This document shows, piece after piece, positions 13,463 to 25,430 of a stretch of 64,000 bases of DNA. Each line of letters begins with the position of its first letter. Position 1 is the first letter of the stretch. The notes beneath the pieces are model-generated. The model saw nothing but the letters and a program-made list of their open reading frames with translations. It was not told the DNA's origin and did not search any database. The translations under genes and the position numbers were made by a program. Source of the stretch: Chiloscyllium plagiosum (taxonomy: Eukaryota); contig NC_057719.1 of NCBI RefSeq assembly GCF_004010195.1, positions 16,479,929 through 16,543,928 of the forward strand. Direction: 5' to 3'.

Positions 13463-16400
13463 CACAAGGTCAGCCTGGTAGACCTCTTTGAATATGAGTT
13501 CCCTGATTGGGGCTGTTAATCTGCTCTGATCAGGGAGCCTACAGGAGTGTCAGACATCAGGATTAGTCTGAGAGCTGGCTCTGAAGGAGTTGGATCTGTG
13601 TCAAGGACTCGCCATGTGTAAATCAAGGGTGACTTAGTGATGGGTGCATAGGAGGCTGAGGATGACCTTTATAGATATTTAAAAATCATAAGGGGCAGAA
13701 ATAAGGTGAATAGCTAAGATCTTTCACTCAGGGTCAGAGAGTCCACAACCAGAGGGTTTAAGGTGAGAGGAGAAAGATTCAAAAGGGGCCTGACGGGAGC
13801 TGAGAGCCTCTGTGGAGTTATTTCAATGGCGATGAGAGGAAAGCACATCCTGAAGAAACTCATTTGCAGCAGTCATCTTTCAGTTGGGGTAAGCATTGCT
13901 TGCATCATGCTGTTATTTTAGTGATTGATGGAGAAAATGCTACAAGGTCTACCCCAGGTTGCCATTTATCTAGATGTTGTGCTAATAACAGGGAAGCACT
14001 TAGAAAACTTGGTCACAGTCCTCAGACATTTCTCCCAGGCGGGTGTATGCCTTAAAAGGGAAAAATGCGTTTGCCAGACACTCCAAGTGACCCACTAGGG
14101 TTACAGAATCGACAAAACCAGGCTACAGCTGTTGGAAGGTAAAGTGAGGGCTATCAAAAGTTCCTCGGCTCCCACGTCTGTACCAGAGCTTAGGGTTATT
14201 CCTTGCACGGTTAAATTATTATGGAGAGTTCATACATAACCTGGCCTTCATTCTGGTAGCTTTGCATCATATCTTAAAGAAGGGTCAGCTGTGGAAGTGG
14301 TTGAATAGCCAAGCCATAGTTTCAGGGAAGTGAAGAAACAGCTGTCGTCCTCTAATGTGTTGGCACACTGTGATCCCAAACGCAATCTGATATTGACATG
14401 GGATGCCTCCCCATACATTTCTGAGGTATTATAAGACCATAGGTAAAAGTGAGGACTGCAGATGCTGGAAATCAGAGCCGAGATTAGAGTGGTGCTGGAA
14501 AAGCCCAGCAGGTCAGGCAGCATCCAAGGAGTAGGAAAATTGATGTTTCGGGCAAAAGCCCTTCATCAGGAGCCCAATGGAGAGGAATAAGCCCTTCTTC
14601 AGGAATGCCCGAAACGTCGATTCTCCTGTTCCCTGGATGCTGCCTGACCTGCTGCGCTTTTCCAGCAACACATTTCCAGCTCTGATCTCCAGCATCTGCA
14701 GACCTCACTTTCTCCTCAATGGAGAGGAATGTCCAATAACGTATGCATCCAGGACTTTGGCAATGCAGTGCGTAAATACATCCAGGTAGAGAAAGAAGGT
14801 TTGGTGGACATATTTGGAGACAGGAGGTTCCACCAACATCTGTATGGGTGTAGATTTGTAATATTAATGGGACCTAACTGGGGTTTGTAGTCCTTGATAA
14901 GGACAAGGCAGTGCTGCCCTTAGTGTCAGAATAAATTCAGTAATTGTATCCCATATTTCCTCGTCAAAAAGGTGTTCCCTCTAAAACTAAGTGCATATAA
15001 TTACAAGTTGGAACACCATCTGGGAGGCCAAGCACCAAATGCAGATGCGTTCACCCACCTCCCACTGGCTCCCAGTGGCAGATACATCGCCAGTGGGACC
15101 ACTATTGGAAGGGTCCGTAAGGCTTTTAAATTTTCTGGACACATTTCCAGTCATAGTAGAGGACAGCATATTATTATGGGGAGCAAGACTGATTGCCCAG
15201 AGTAAAGCTACCGGCTGAACTCCACCAGGGTCATCCAGGGGTCTCCAGAATGCAGATGTTGGCAAGAGGTTATGTCAGGTAGCAAGAATTGGATGAAGAC
15301 ATAGCCATGTTGCTGGGGCAGTGCCCAGAGGGCCAATAAGGACAAAAATTGCATCCAGCAGCTCCCCCACATTCATTAGAATGGCTGGGTAAATCTGGAC
15401 TTGGTTACATGTCAACTGTGCAGGTAACTTCATGTGTTCAATGTTCTTAGTCATTGTGCATGTTCACTCAAAGTGGTTAGATGTGCATAGAGTTCATTCA
15501 TCAATGAATAATAAAAAACTGCACACATTTCAAAGTGTTGGTCACAGACAATGGGCCATCATTTACCCCAGCAGTGAATTTGAGTATTTCCGAAAGTCAA
15601 ATGGCATTCAACATATAAGGAAGCTTCAAACCATCTGTCATCCAATGGTGTGGCAGAAACAGCAGACCAAACTTTGATGGTAGGCATAAAGAAACAGTCT
15701 ACAGCTTCACCAGATACAAAACACTCTCAATTCCTATTTGATTATAGGAGCCACTTGCAACTATAGAGACAGCTCCAACGGTGCTGTTAATGGGGAGAAG
15801 ACTCCATACTTGGTTAAAATCTGATCTTCTCAGAATGAGAGAAGGGTGAAACAGCACCAAGAACGCAAAACTCCACTAAGCAAGTGACTTAGTTTACTTC
15901 AGGGGACGAAGTTTAGTGTAGGAACCATAGGAATGGCTCTGTATGGGTAAGAGGCATGGTCAATGTGAGGTCAGGTCTAGTGATGTATAAGATTTGGGTA
16001 GGAGTGATGGACCTGAACATGTGCATGGACATATGCAAGCTGCAAACTTGCAAATGGGGCTGGAGCAAAAACATGCCTAGCTTTTTGGAATGGTCGGGCA
16101 GACTCTGTGTGTTCTCCCTCTCAACCAATTGTTGTTGAGACCTCGGAAACTGAGATGGACTTGGTGGATTTTCCTCCTCGATATGTTTGCTGCTTGAAAC
16201 AGCGAATTAATTTCTTCTGTGAAGCTCCGGGCACAAGAGGCAACTATCTGAAGTAAAGTTGGAGGAACCTGACCCGGTGCTAGAGTGCCCCAGGGGAGCT
16301 CCAAGAAAAAGAATTAGCCTATGACCTCAGATTCAGAAGAGAAGATATGGAGTGATTGTAATGAGGTCAGTCAGGTGTGTCTCATAGCATATAAATTCCC

Positions 16401-16563
16401 TGATTGGGACTGTTAATTTGGTCCAATCGGGGAGCCCTGGCTGACAGACATACCTGACACTCTGAGAGCTGGCTCTGAGGGAGTTGGATTCATGTCAAGG
16501 ACTTTCCACGTGTAAATAAAGGGTGATTGGTGAAAGGATACTGGCCTCTACGGGGTTATTTCA
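13463..16563 (+). mobile_element. Internally deleted Gypsy (Mag-like) LTR retrotransposon
   Basis: The 3' LTR is 16357-16563 (TG..CA). The similar 5' LTR is ~13463-13825, split by a CR1 piece at ~13646-13795. PBS-like TGGCGATGAG lies at 13827. Pol motifs: VLAHCDP..LILTWDASPY, PITYASRTL, EKEGL..FG..RFHQHLYG, NADAFTHLPL, LHQGHPG, FLVIV..HSKWLDV, VTDNGP, SNGVAE. Confidence 0.88.
14441..14716. mobile_element. Two adjacent, oppositely oriented PLE mini-elements inserted in the Gypsy RNase H region
   Basis: The first (~14441-14570) has a minus-strand CUGAUGAAGGGCUUUUGCCCGAAACAUC. The second (14589-14716) has TSD CAATGGAGAGGAAT at 14575-14588 and 14717-14730 and a short 5' inversion that splits its ribozyme. 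Confidence 0.85.
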
Positions 16564-19500
16564 GAAAGGTTTGGCGGTATATGGGCTCAATGCAGACAAA
16601 TTGAACTAGTTCAGTTTAGGAAACGGAATTGGCATGGACGAGTTGGGCTGATGGATCTGTTTCCACGTTGTACGACTGTATGAGTCCAAGACTCCAGTCG
16701 GTAGCCAGTAGAATTTGCTCTGAAAATTTAACTGTCTAGTTAAAACGAAGCAGCTAATTGTATCCCATATTTCCTCGTCAAAAAGGTGTTCCCAGATTTA
16801 CATTTGATTTCAATGTAAATTGAAATTTCTTTCAGCCTTTCCTTTAGCCACTTTCCAATAGCCTTTCTTCCAATTGTTCAGAAATTGACCAGGAAAGGAT
16901 GAAAAATAGGAATAAGGAAAAAAAAATCATCTGCCAAATTCACTGTTTCCATAATTCACTTGGTGTGACGAAACATTTGAATATTACTGAGAAAACAGAC
17001 TTGTGTGTCTTGTATCTTTCACCAGGACAGACACAGGCCGAATTTCAAAGGGGGCAGCACTTCAAGTGACAGGTTTTTCAGTAATAGCATGTCTGAGGTT
17101 CACATGTTTTCCTTAGTGAATTTGGGAAAAGGCAACAATCTCCAATTTTGTCTGAAGGAACTGTGGGCCCAAGGGAAGTTCTTTTTTGAGAAGTCTGCAT
17201 TAGCACTACCAATTCAGATTCTGAAAGCACTATACAGATGTATTGGCATCTGGAGTGAAGCAGCAATCCAAACTACTCTTTTTATTTGATGGTTTTGTTG
17301 CATTTCCATGTCAAAACAGTCAAATAATTGTCCATGTCAAATGTGACTGAATCATCATGTAACTTTTCAAATTACTGAATAGGGCCTTCAGTATGTGCTT
17401 GTGTTCTGTTTGAAAAGCATCTCGTAAGAACTTTACAAATTTAATTTCAGAAATAGCATTTGTGAATTAAACCCTGTAAAAAAAAATGAACAATTTGCTA
17501 ATGAAAATTTGAAGAGAAAATGTGGGATATATTCAGACTTGTAAGGTTGGTAACCTGTCAGAGATTGTTCTGAGGGATATGGCAGTGGAAAGGAAAGTAG
17601 AATTAAGATCAGTCACCAGTTATGATTGTATTGAATGATGACGCATGCTTGAGAGACCGCAAATTTTATTTCTGTATCTTAGCTTTTTTCCTGAACAACG
17701 TGATTGTGATACTGTATATTCTAGGGGAATGTTAGTTTCTTAATGGGATATGCCTTTGAAACTAACATGGTTGCAGAATTGATTAAATTATGTATAAAAT
17801 GCACACACTATCACAACTGACTTATGTGGTAGTTTTGTTCTCACTTTGAAGGTCGCAGTTATGTAATTATAAGTCGCTGTATTTTGTAAGTTATGTGATG
17901 CAGGGTACACTGCTATACACAGTGTAATTGCATTGAATTGTGGAGTGATCTATTCTGACAGTACTATACCAAAATAGTTGGCCAGATAGCTCTCAAAAGA
18001 TCATGAGAAATAAAAGAATCGTGTATTTTTACAATATCTTTTAAAACCATTGGACTTTTTCAAGAGATTTACAACCAATGAACAAACGTCTTTTGAAGTG
18101 TGATCAATATATTGTGATGTAGAAAGTACTGCAACTATTTGTAATGTGATAATGGCCAGATAATCTGTTTTTTCTTACGTGGGGTGTTGGCAGAAGGAGA
18201 AACATTGTTCAGTGCACTGGGGATAATGTTGCTGCTCTTCAAAATAATGCCACAGCCCTTTTTATTTGGCCTGAGATTGCAAATGGTGCCGGTCTCAGAA
18301 GCTAGCCAATTGTGAACCATGTCTGACCTCTCTCACCCTGTATGAGCAAAAGGAAATATTAGTCACAGTTCTGAAGTTATGTTTCCTATTTCTTTAAGCC
18401 TCGAATGAGGACTGAATTGGACTCTGCCATGATTTTTGTTTGTTTCCTCCATCATCCCTTCAGTGTCAAAGATACAGGAGAGCAGACAGTTGACATTCTT
18501 TTCCTTTTTATATTGAGCATTTATGTAACACCTTTGACCATAGTGCAATTCCATAGGAGCTTTAACTACCAAAGTCGTAGACTTAACTATCTAATGGTGA
18601 TATTAAGACAGCCAAACAAAAGCTTGGTCGAAGACATGGATTTTAATGAATCTTTGAAGAGGTTGTGGTGGGTGAGGAGTGATGTTGTAACTCGGGGAAG
18701 GAGTTCCATGCTGAAGGCATAACAGGCCATGAAATAAATAATACAAGGGACGTGCCAGAGGCCAGAATCAGAGGATGGCAGAACTCTTAAATGGTTATAG
18801 GGCAGGAGGCATTTACATTTATACATGGGGCAAAACCTCTGGAGTGGGCTGTTGAGAAAACCAAACTTAGCACAAATTAAGATAAGAAAGGTGATTTATA
18901 TTCAAGCAAAATTGTCCAGCTGGTATTTTGAGTGTTGCCTATCTCACATCCCCTTCTCAGTATTGTGGGCCTGCTGTGGAAAGTGTGAGAGAGAATCACA
19001 ACAACCTTCCCTGCTGATTTGTATTTGCCAAGTCTAAAGGGTTAAATATTACTAAATTGTTCCATAGTCTTTCTAGTAGCTCCATTTTAACAAGCAGCAG
19101 GAACACGAGTTTGGTATTGATTGATTTGTTGTGTTTGTCTTTATAAACATGAAATCTGTCTACTTCTGTGTTGAATCAAAACTCAGAGCAAGTTTGCCTG
19201 TTTACTTAAAATGGATTTTAATGTTTCTTTTATTAAGATGTAACTTGGGAGCATGATTATTCATTTTCTGATGACCTGATGATTGTTAGATATGCTTTCA
19301 GCTACATTTGCTGTTTTTTTAGTTGTGGAGTGGTTATCTGAGCCAAAAAGACTATGATCTTATCAGCTTGTTTCCTCTAATCTTATCCTGTTTATTCCAG
19401 GATTACATTGGGCATATTCAAGTACCCGTGCATTGGAAAAAGAAACATGTCTAGTTTAACAGCAATTATCTTCCATAGAAGTGATGGGTCCTTTCAAAGT

Positions 19501-20270
19501 TGATATTATTGATATAACCTCATTGATTCATTAACTTTATTAACTTGTTGAGATACAGCCACTATTTGTTCACTCTTTGTATCCTGTTACATCTGTATAA
19601 CAAATTTCTGCACTGTAAGTTTAAAAGAGGGTTATTGTACTTGAGTCTACAGTGTTGCATTGAAATCCAAAAAAAAATGCTGGCATCATTACAGAGCTTG
19701 GCGGGGGTGGTCTGCGGTGGATTAGTGTTGTTGACTCAACAGTTCGGGAATCTGCTGGTTGTTGTGATTTGCATCAACACACCAGTTACATTTTTCTGAA
19801 TTGCATTAGCTCCATTCAGCTTAACAGAAAGTTGACAATTTGGAAATGCTGGGTTGACTCGGTGCTGCCTGCTGGATTTGGCGGTGGCCTCTGAGTCATT
19901 GTGCTGCTGGATCAGGGACCTTTTGCAAATGAGGAGGAAGGAGTGCAGCCAGCAGAACCTGAAAGGCCAGGTCTGTCAGCACACTAACTTGTGCAATTGG
20001 GAAATGGGCTGCAAGGGTTGTGTAAGTGGTTGTAGGAGTTGTCCGGGAGAGCTGGAACAGATTGATTCATAGTTCATGAGTCTTGCCTGAGGGAGTTGGT
20101 CTTTACCAGTTCTCCAAGACTGAGGGAAATGGCTTCTTTAAAAAAAAAGTCATGGGCTATGTGTTGCCCAGCACTTTTTGTTCATCCGTAATTGCCCTTT
20201 TGACAATGATGGTGAGTTGCTGTCTTTGAACCACTGTGGTCCATGCAATTTAGAAATCTGCATAATGCTG

Positions 20271-20294
20271 TTAGAGAGAGAGAGAGAGAGAGAG
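20271..20294. repeat. (AG)n microsatellite
   Basis: Read directly. Confidence 0.9.
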
Positions 20295-21045
20295 CACTAT
20301 GGTATTAGCTCCATTACAGTTGATGATATAGTTCAGAGTTAGGATGATGTGTGCTTTGGAGAGAGAGGAACCGGCAGGTGAATTGCTCCTATTTCTTTGC
20401 TGCTATTGTTCTAAGTGGTAGAGCTGGAAAATGTACATAAGAAGAATTTGAATCGACATCCAATTGGACAGAGGGTTTTGTAAAATTCACTCATGGGCAT
20501 TGCTGGCTGGCCAGCATTTATTGCCCATCCCTAGCTGCCCTTCAGAAGGTGGTGGTGAGCTGCCTTCTTGAACTGTTGCAGTCCTTGTGCTGAAGGTTGA
20601 CCCACAATTGGAGGGAGTATCAGGATTTTGGCTCAAGGGCAATGAAGGAATGGCGATATATTTCCAAGTCAGGATGGTGAGTGTCTTGGAGGGAAACTTG
20701 AAGGAGGTGGTGATCCCAAGTATCTGCTGCCCTTGGCCTTCCTGCATGAAATGGTTTGGAAGGTGCTGCCTAAGGATCTTTGGTGAATTTCAGCAGGCTA
20801 CCTTGTAGATAGGGTTGTTGGAGCTGCACCTAATGGGCAAGTGGGAGTATTCCATCACATTCCTGACCTGTGCTCGGTGGATGGTAGACAGGCTTTGGAG
20901 AGTCAGGAGGTGAGTTACAAGCCACACTATTCCTATTCTTGTAGCCACTGTGTGTATAAAGCTAATCCAGTTGAGTTTCTGATCACTCGTAACTCCCAGG
21001 ATATTCATAGTGGAGGATTCAGTCATGCTAATGCCATTGAATGTC

Positions 21046-22320
21046 GGTGATACCCTTTATTGTAACATGCATTCAATATAAAATACAGTGAAACGTGTGT
21101 ACTGTCGCTCGTACATAAATGCCATTCACAGAATTAAATAAAGAAAGATAACTTAAAGAAAGGCCAACTTTTCCTTCTCTGCTGCCACAGCATACCGCCG
21201 CCAGAGTCCTGCTTCGGGCTTCCCAGCCCATGCCATGCTGGAGGGAAAGTGTCCCACTCCAGACTACACCAGCCCACACCATGCTACAGGGAGGGTGCCC
21301 CACTCCAGGCTACACCAGCCCACACCATGCTGCAGGGAGAGTGAGCCGCTCTGGGCTACACCAGCCCACACCATGCTGCAGGGAGACTGTCCCATTTTGG
21401 GCTACACCAGCCCACACCATGCTGCAGGGAGGGTGCCCCACTCCAGGCTACACCAGCCCACACCATGCTGCAGGGAGAGTGAGCCGCTCTGGGCTACACC
21501 AGCCCACATCATGCTGCAGGGAGGGTGCCCCACTCCAGGCTACACCAGCCCACACCATGCTGCAGGGAGAGTGAGCCGCTCTGGGCTACACCAGCCCACA
21601 CCATGCTGCAGGGAGGCTGTTCCACTCCAGACTACACCAGCCCACACCATGCTGCAGGGAGGGTGCCCCACTCCAGACTACACCAGCCCACACCAGGCTG
21701 CAGGGAGACTGTCCCGTTCTGGGCTACACCAGCCCACACCATGCTGCAGGGAGGCTGTCCCACTCCAGACTACACCAGCCCACACCATGCTGCAGGGAGG
21801 GTGCCCCACTCCAGGCTACATCAGCCCACACCATGCTGCAGGGAGAGTGAGCCGCTCTGGGCTACACCAGCCCACACCATGTTGCAGGGAGACTGTCCCG
21901 TTCTGGGCTACACCAGCCCACACCATGCTGCAGGGAAAGTGTCCCAGCCCATGCCACGCCACAGAGAGGGTACCTCACTCCTGGCTTCCCAGCCCACGCT
22001 GTGTCACAAATTGTCCTGCTCCGGGCTATACCAGCCCATGGCATGCCGCTGTCGGGGATGTACATCATGTGAAAGCAAGACTACTGCTCCAGGCTTCATG
22101 GGCTGACTGCCTGACCGTCCCTGTAGCCATGCTGCCTCTGAAGATCCGATCACTGCTCTGGAGCACATTGAGGCCATCTCCTGCCAGAGAGGTGGCTCTC
22201 TTTATCAGGTAACTTTGAGGAAAAAAGAGAAGGTAGAAGGAAAAAGGCAAAAAAGAAAGATGCAGACGATGAGGACAAATCCAGGCATAGGAGCCCAAAC
22301 GCTGCCTACTCTACCACCGC
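21046..22320 (-). mobile_element. Non-autonomous insertion (Rex-like 3' tail) carrying an internal minisatellite
   Basis: The host LINE appears to read through as ...GAATGTC|AAGGGG... when the insert is removed. The minus-strand end TTTCACTGTA...ATGTTACAATAAA resembles the Rex-like tail at ~12720. Confidence 0.55.
21222..21955. repeat. 46-bp minisatellite, ~16 units with variant repeats
   Basis: Near-constant CTACACCAGCCCACACCATGCTGCAGGGAG starts at 21264, 21310, 21356 ... 21908 (exact 46-bp period, 15 starts), each followed by one of four 16-bp variants. Confidence 0.95.
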
Positions 22321-24075
22321 AAGGGGCATTAGTTAGATAGTTATTGCTGGGTATTTGTGTGGTACAAATACTACTTGCCACTTGTCAGTGCAAGTGTGAA
22401 TATTGTCCAAATGTTGCATTAGAACATGGACTGCTTCAATATTTGAGGAGTAGCAAATGGTGCTAAACATCGTGCAATCATCGGTGAACATTCCCGTTTC
22501 TGACCTTATGATGGAGGGAAGGTCATTGATGAAGCAACTGAAGATGGTTGGGCAAGGAACTACCCTGAGGAAGTCCTGCAGAGATGTCCTGGAGTTGAGA
22601 TGAATGACATCCAACAACCACAACCATGTTCCTATCTTCCAGGTTTGACGCCAACCAGCTGTGAGTTTGCCCCTGATACCCATTCATTCCAGTTTTGCTC
22701 GTGCTCCTTGATGACATACTTTGTCAAATGCAGCCTTAATATTAAGGGCTGTCACTCTCACCTCACATCTGGAATTCAGCTCTTTTGCTCATGTTCGCAC
22801 CAACGCTGTAATGAGGTCAGAAGCTGAGTAGTCCTATTGGAACCCAAACTGGGTTTCACTGAGCAGGTTATTGCTGAGCAGGTGCTGCTTGCTAGTACTG
22901 TTGATGACCCCTTCCATCACTTTCCTGATGCTCAATAGGGGACTGATGGGGCGTAATTGACAGAATTGCGTTTACCTTGCTTTTTATGTTCAGGGCATAT
23001 CTAGGCAAGTTCTGGAGCACAAGCCTTTAGTGTTATTGCTGGAATGTTGTCAGTGCCCTTGGCTTGTGCAGTATCCAGTGTCTCTGACCATTTCTTAATA
23101 TCACATGGAATGAATCAAATTAGCTGAAAACTGGCACCTATAATACTGGGGACCACTGGAGGAGACCGAGATGGATCATTCTTTGAGCACTTCTGGCTGA
23201 GGATTGCTGCAAATACTTAAGCCTTATCTTTTGCACTGACTTGCAGAGCAGTTCCATCATTGAGGTCGGGGGTATTTGTGAGCCTCCTCCTCTAGTGAAG
23301 TGTTTAATTGCCCACCACCATTCATGACTGGATATAGCAGGTGTGCAGAATTTATATCTGATCTGTGGTTGTGGGATCGCTTAGCTCTGTCTATCTCTTA
23401 CTGCTTATGCTGTTTAGCATGCACATAGTCTTGTTTGGTAGCTTCACCAGGTTGACATGGTATGCCTGATGCTGCTCCTGACATGCCCTCCTGCACTGTC
23501 CATTGAACCCTGATTTGATGGTATTGGTTGAGTGGGGATATGCCAGGCAATGAGGATACAGATTGTACTGGAATACAATTCTGCTGCTGTTAATGGCCCA
23601 TACGCCTTATGGATGCCCAGTCATGAATTGCTAGATTCATTTGAAGTCTGTCTGTCTTAGCACAATGATAGGGTTACACAACATGATGGAGGTTATTCTC
23701 AATGTGAAGGTGGGACTTCGTCTCCACAAGGACCGTGAGGTGGTTACTCTTACCGATATTGTCATGGACAGATTCATCTGCAGCTGACAGATAGGTAAGG
23801 ATGAGGAATAGTATGTTTTCCCTCTTAATGGTTCCCTTACCACCTGCTGCAGACTCAATCTAGCAGCTATGTCCTTTAAGGCCTATCTGGCTTGATCAGT
23901 AGTAATGCTGCAGAGTCACTGTTGGTGGTGAACTTTGTAATTCCCCACCCAGAGTACATTTTGTGCCCTTGCCACCCTCTGTGCTACCTCCAAGTGTTGT
24001 TCAACATGGAGGAGAACCGATTCATCAGGTGAGGGAGGACTGTATGTAATAATCAGCAGGAGATATCCTTACCCA

Positions 24076-24485
24076 TTTTGGATGTAAGTTTGCTCGCTGA
24101 GCTTGAAGTTTAATTTCCAGACGTTTCGTCACCCTACTAGGTAACATCTTCAGTGGGCCTCAGGCGAAGTACTGCTGAAAATTCCTGCTTTCTTTTTATA
24201 TGTTTGGGTTTCTTTGGGTTGGTGATGTCATTTCCTGTGGTGAAGTCAATTCCTGCCCCTTTTCTTAGGAGGGTGGTAGATGGGGTCTAACTTGACCCAA
24301 CCGGAACTCTATTAACAAACACATTGAGTTAGACCCCTTCTAGCACCCCCTAAGAAAAGGAACAGAAAGTGACTTCCCCACAGGAAATATCACCACAGGA
24401 AATGACATCACTAACCCAAAGAAACCCAAACATATAAATAGAAAGCAGGAAATTTCAGCAGTGCTTCACCTGAGGCCCACTGAAG
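24076..24485. mobile_element. Penelope-like element 3' end in inverted arrangement
   Basis: Arms ~24148-24292 and ~24328-24485 are inverted. The centre encodes NRNSINKHIELDP, resembling the extreme C-terminus of PLE GIY-YIG ORFs. A ribozyme lies in the left arm. Confidence 0.75.
24117..24156 (-). ncRNA. Minimal type-I hammerhead ribozyme motif (intact)
   Basis: Minus strand reads CCA-CUGAAGA-U-GUUACC-UAGUAG-GGUGAC-GAA-ACGU-C-UGG. Stem I is CCA/UGG, stem II has 6 bp, and GUC cleavage is predicted between 24120 and 24119. Confidence 0.75.
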
Positions 24486-24544
24486 TTGGTGATGGTGGCA
24501 TCTGGGACATTGTCTATCAGGTATGACTCTGTGATATAACTCTG

Positions 24545-24704
24545 TCAACATGGAGGAGAACCGATTCATCAGGTGAGGGAGGACTGTATGTAATAATCAG
24601 CAGGAGATATCCTTACCCATTTTGGATGTAAGTTTGCTCGCTGAGCTTGAAGTTTCCTTTCCAGACATTTCGTCACCCTACTAGGTAACATCTTCAGTGG
24701 GCCT
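24545..24704. repeat. 160-bp direct duplicate of 24001-24160 (includes a second HHR copy)
   Basis: Near-identical text with 3 substitutions seen; one changes ACGU to AUGU in stem III. Confidence 0.9.
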
Positions 24705-25294
24705 GTTGTCCATGTTGTCCATCTCCATGTTGTCGCTAGACTAGTCTGTGAGACAGTTCTCCCAATTATAGCATTAGCCCCCAAAGTTTAGAGAGGAGAA
24801 CTTAGTAGGTCAATAGTGCTGTTTCTGTCATTGTCATTACCAGTGTCTAGATTGATGCCAGATGGTCCATCCAGTTTCATTTCTTTGCGACAGAGTGGCT
24901 TCCTAGGCCATTTCATATGGTAGTTAAGTGTCGACTGTTGAGTCAGTTGGCTTTTTCCCGACAATTGAGAATGGTTTTATAGTCATTAGTCGATTCCTAA
25001 TTCCACCATCTGCCATGGTGCGATTTGAACCAAGGTCCCCCAGAATATTAGCTGAATTTCTGGATTAATAATCTGGCAGTATGCCACTAGCCAAAACCTC
25101 CCTTTCTCCTTGGGGAAGAGGAAGGGATAATAAATTGGGAAGAAGGATAAAAAGAGAGAATATGACTTGGAAGACAGATAAAAGAAAGTTATGGACAGGA
25201 GAAAAAGAAATTAAGGATTAATTTTCATTTGAAAATGGTCACTGATACATTAGTTGCTCCATAAAACATTTAGCCAATTTTAAGAAATTAAATA

Positions 25295-25430
25295 AAACAA
25301 AGGACTGTGGATGCTGGAAATCTGAAACAAAAACAGAAATTGCTGGAGAAGCTCAGTAGGTCTGTCAGTATCTATGGAGAGAAAGCAGAGGTAATGCTTT
25401 GAGATCAATAACCCTTCTTCAGAACTGAAG
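25295..25430 (-). mobile_element. Decayed PLE mini-element (similar relics at ~190-230, ~27620-27716, ~31705-31795, ~60295-60390)
   Basis: AAACAGAAATTGCTGGAGAAGCTCAG...CCCTTCTTCAGAACTG family text with a degenerate HHR on the minus strand. Confidence 0.6.

Larger units (their letters stand above)
20487..24870 (-). mobile_element. Long decayed CR1/L2-clade LINE (endonuclease + RT), interrupted by two insertions
   Basis: PTIFSCFINDLPSIIRSETGMFTDDCTMFSTI (RT core), NILGVTSDQKLNW..AQVRNVMEYS (RT C-terminus) and APE-like text near 23700-24060. The 3' tail is shared with the Deu-type SINEs. Confidence 0.8.

Noticed and set aside
14441..14716. Single MITE with long terminal inverted repeats
   Set aside because: The right half has its own 14-bp TSD and the halves differ in subfamily-diagnostic sequence, so these are two independent opposite-orientation insertions.
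21222..21955. CRISPR array (30-bp constant + 16-bp variable blocks)
   Set aside because: The spacers are short, recur as four mutually similar variants, there are no cas genes, and the context is a vertebrate genome. It is a minisatellite.
21235..22212. 325-aa ORF and overlapping repetitive ORFs
   Set aside because: They arise from a stop-poor 46-bp repeat cycling through all three frames, with no protein-family features.
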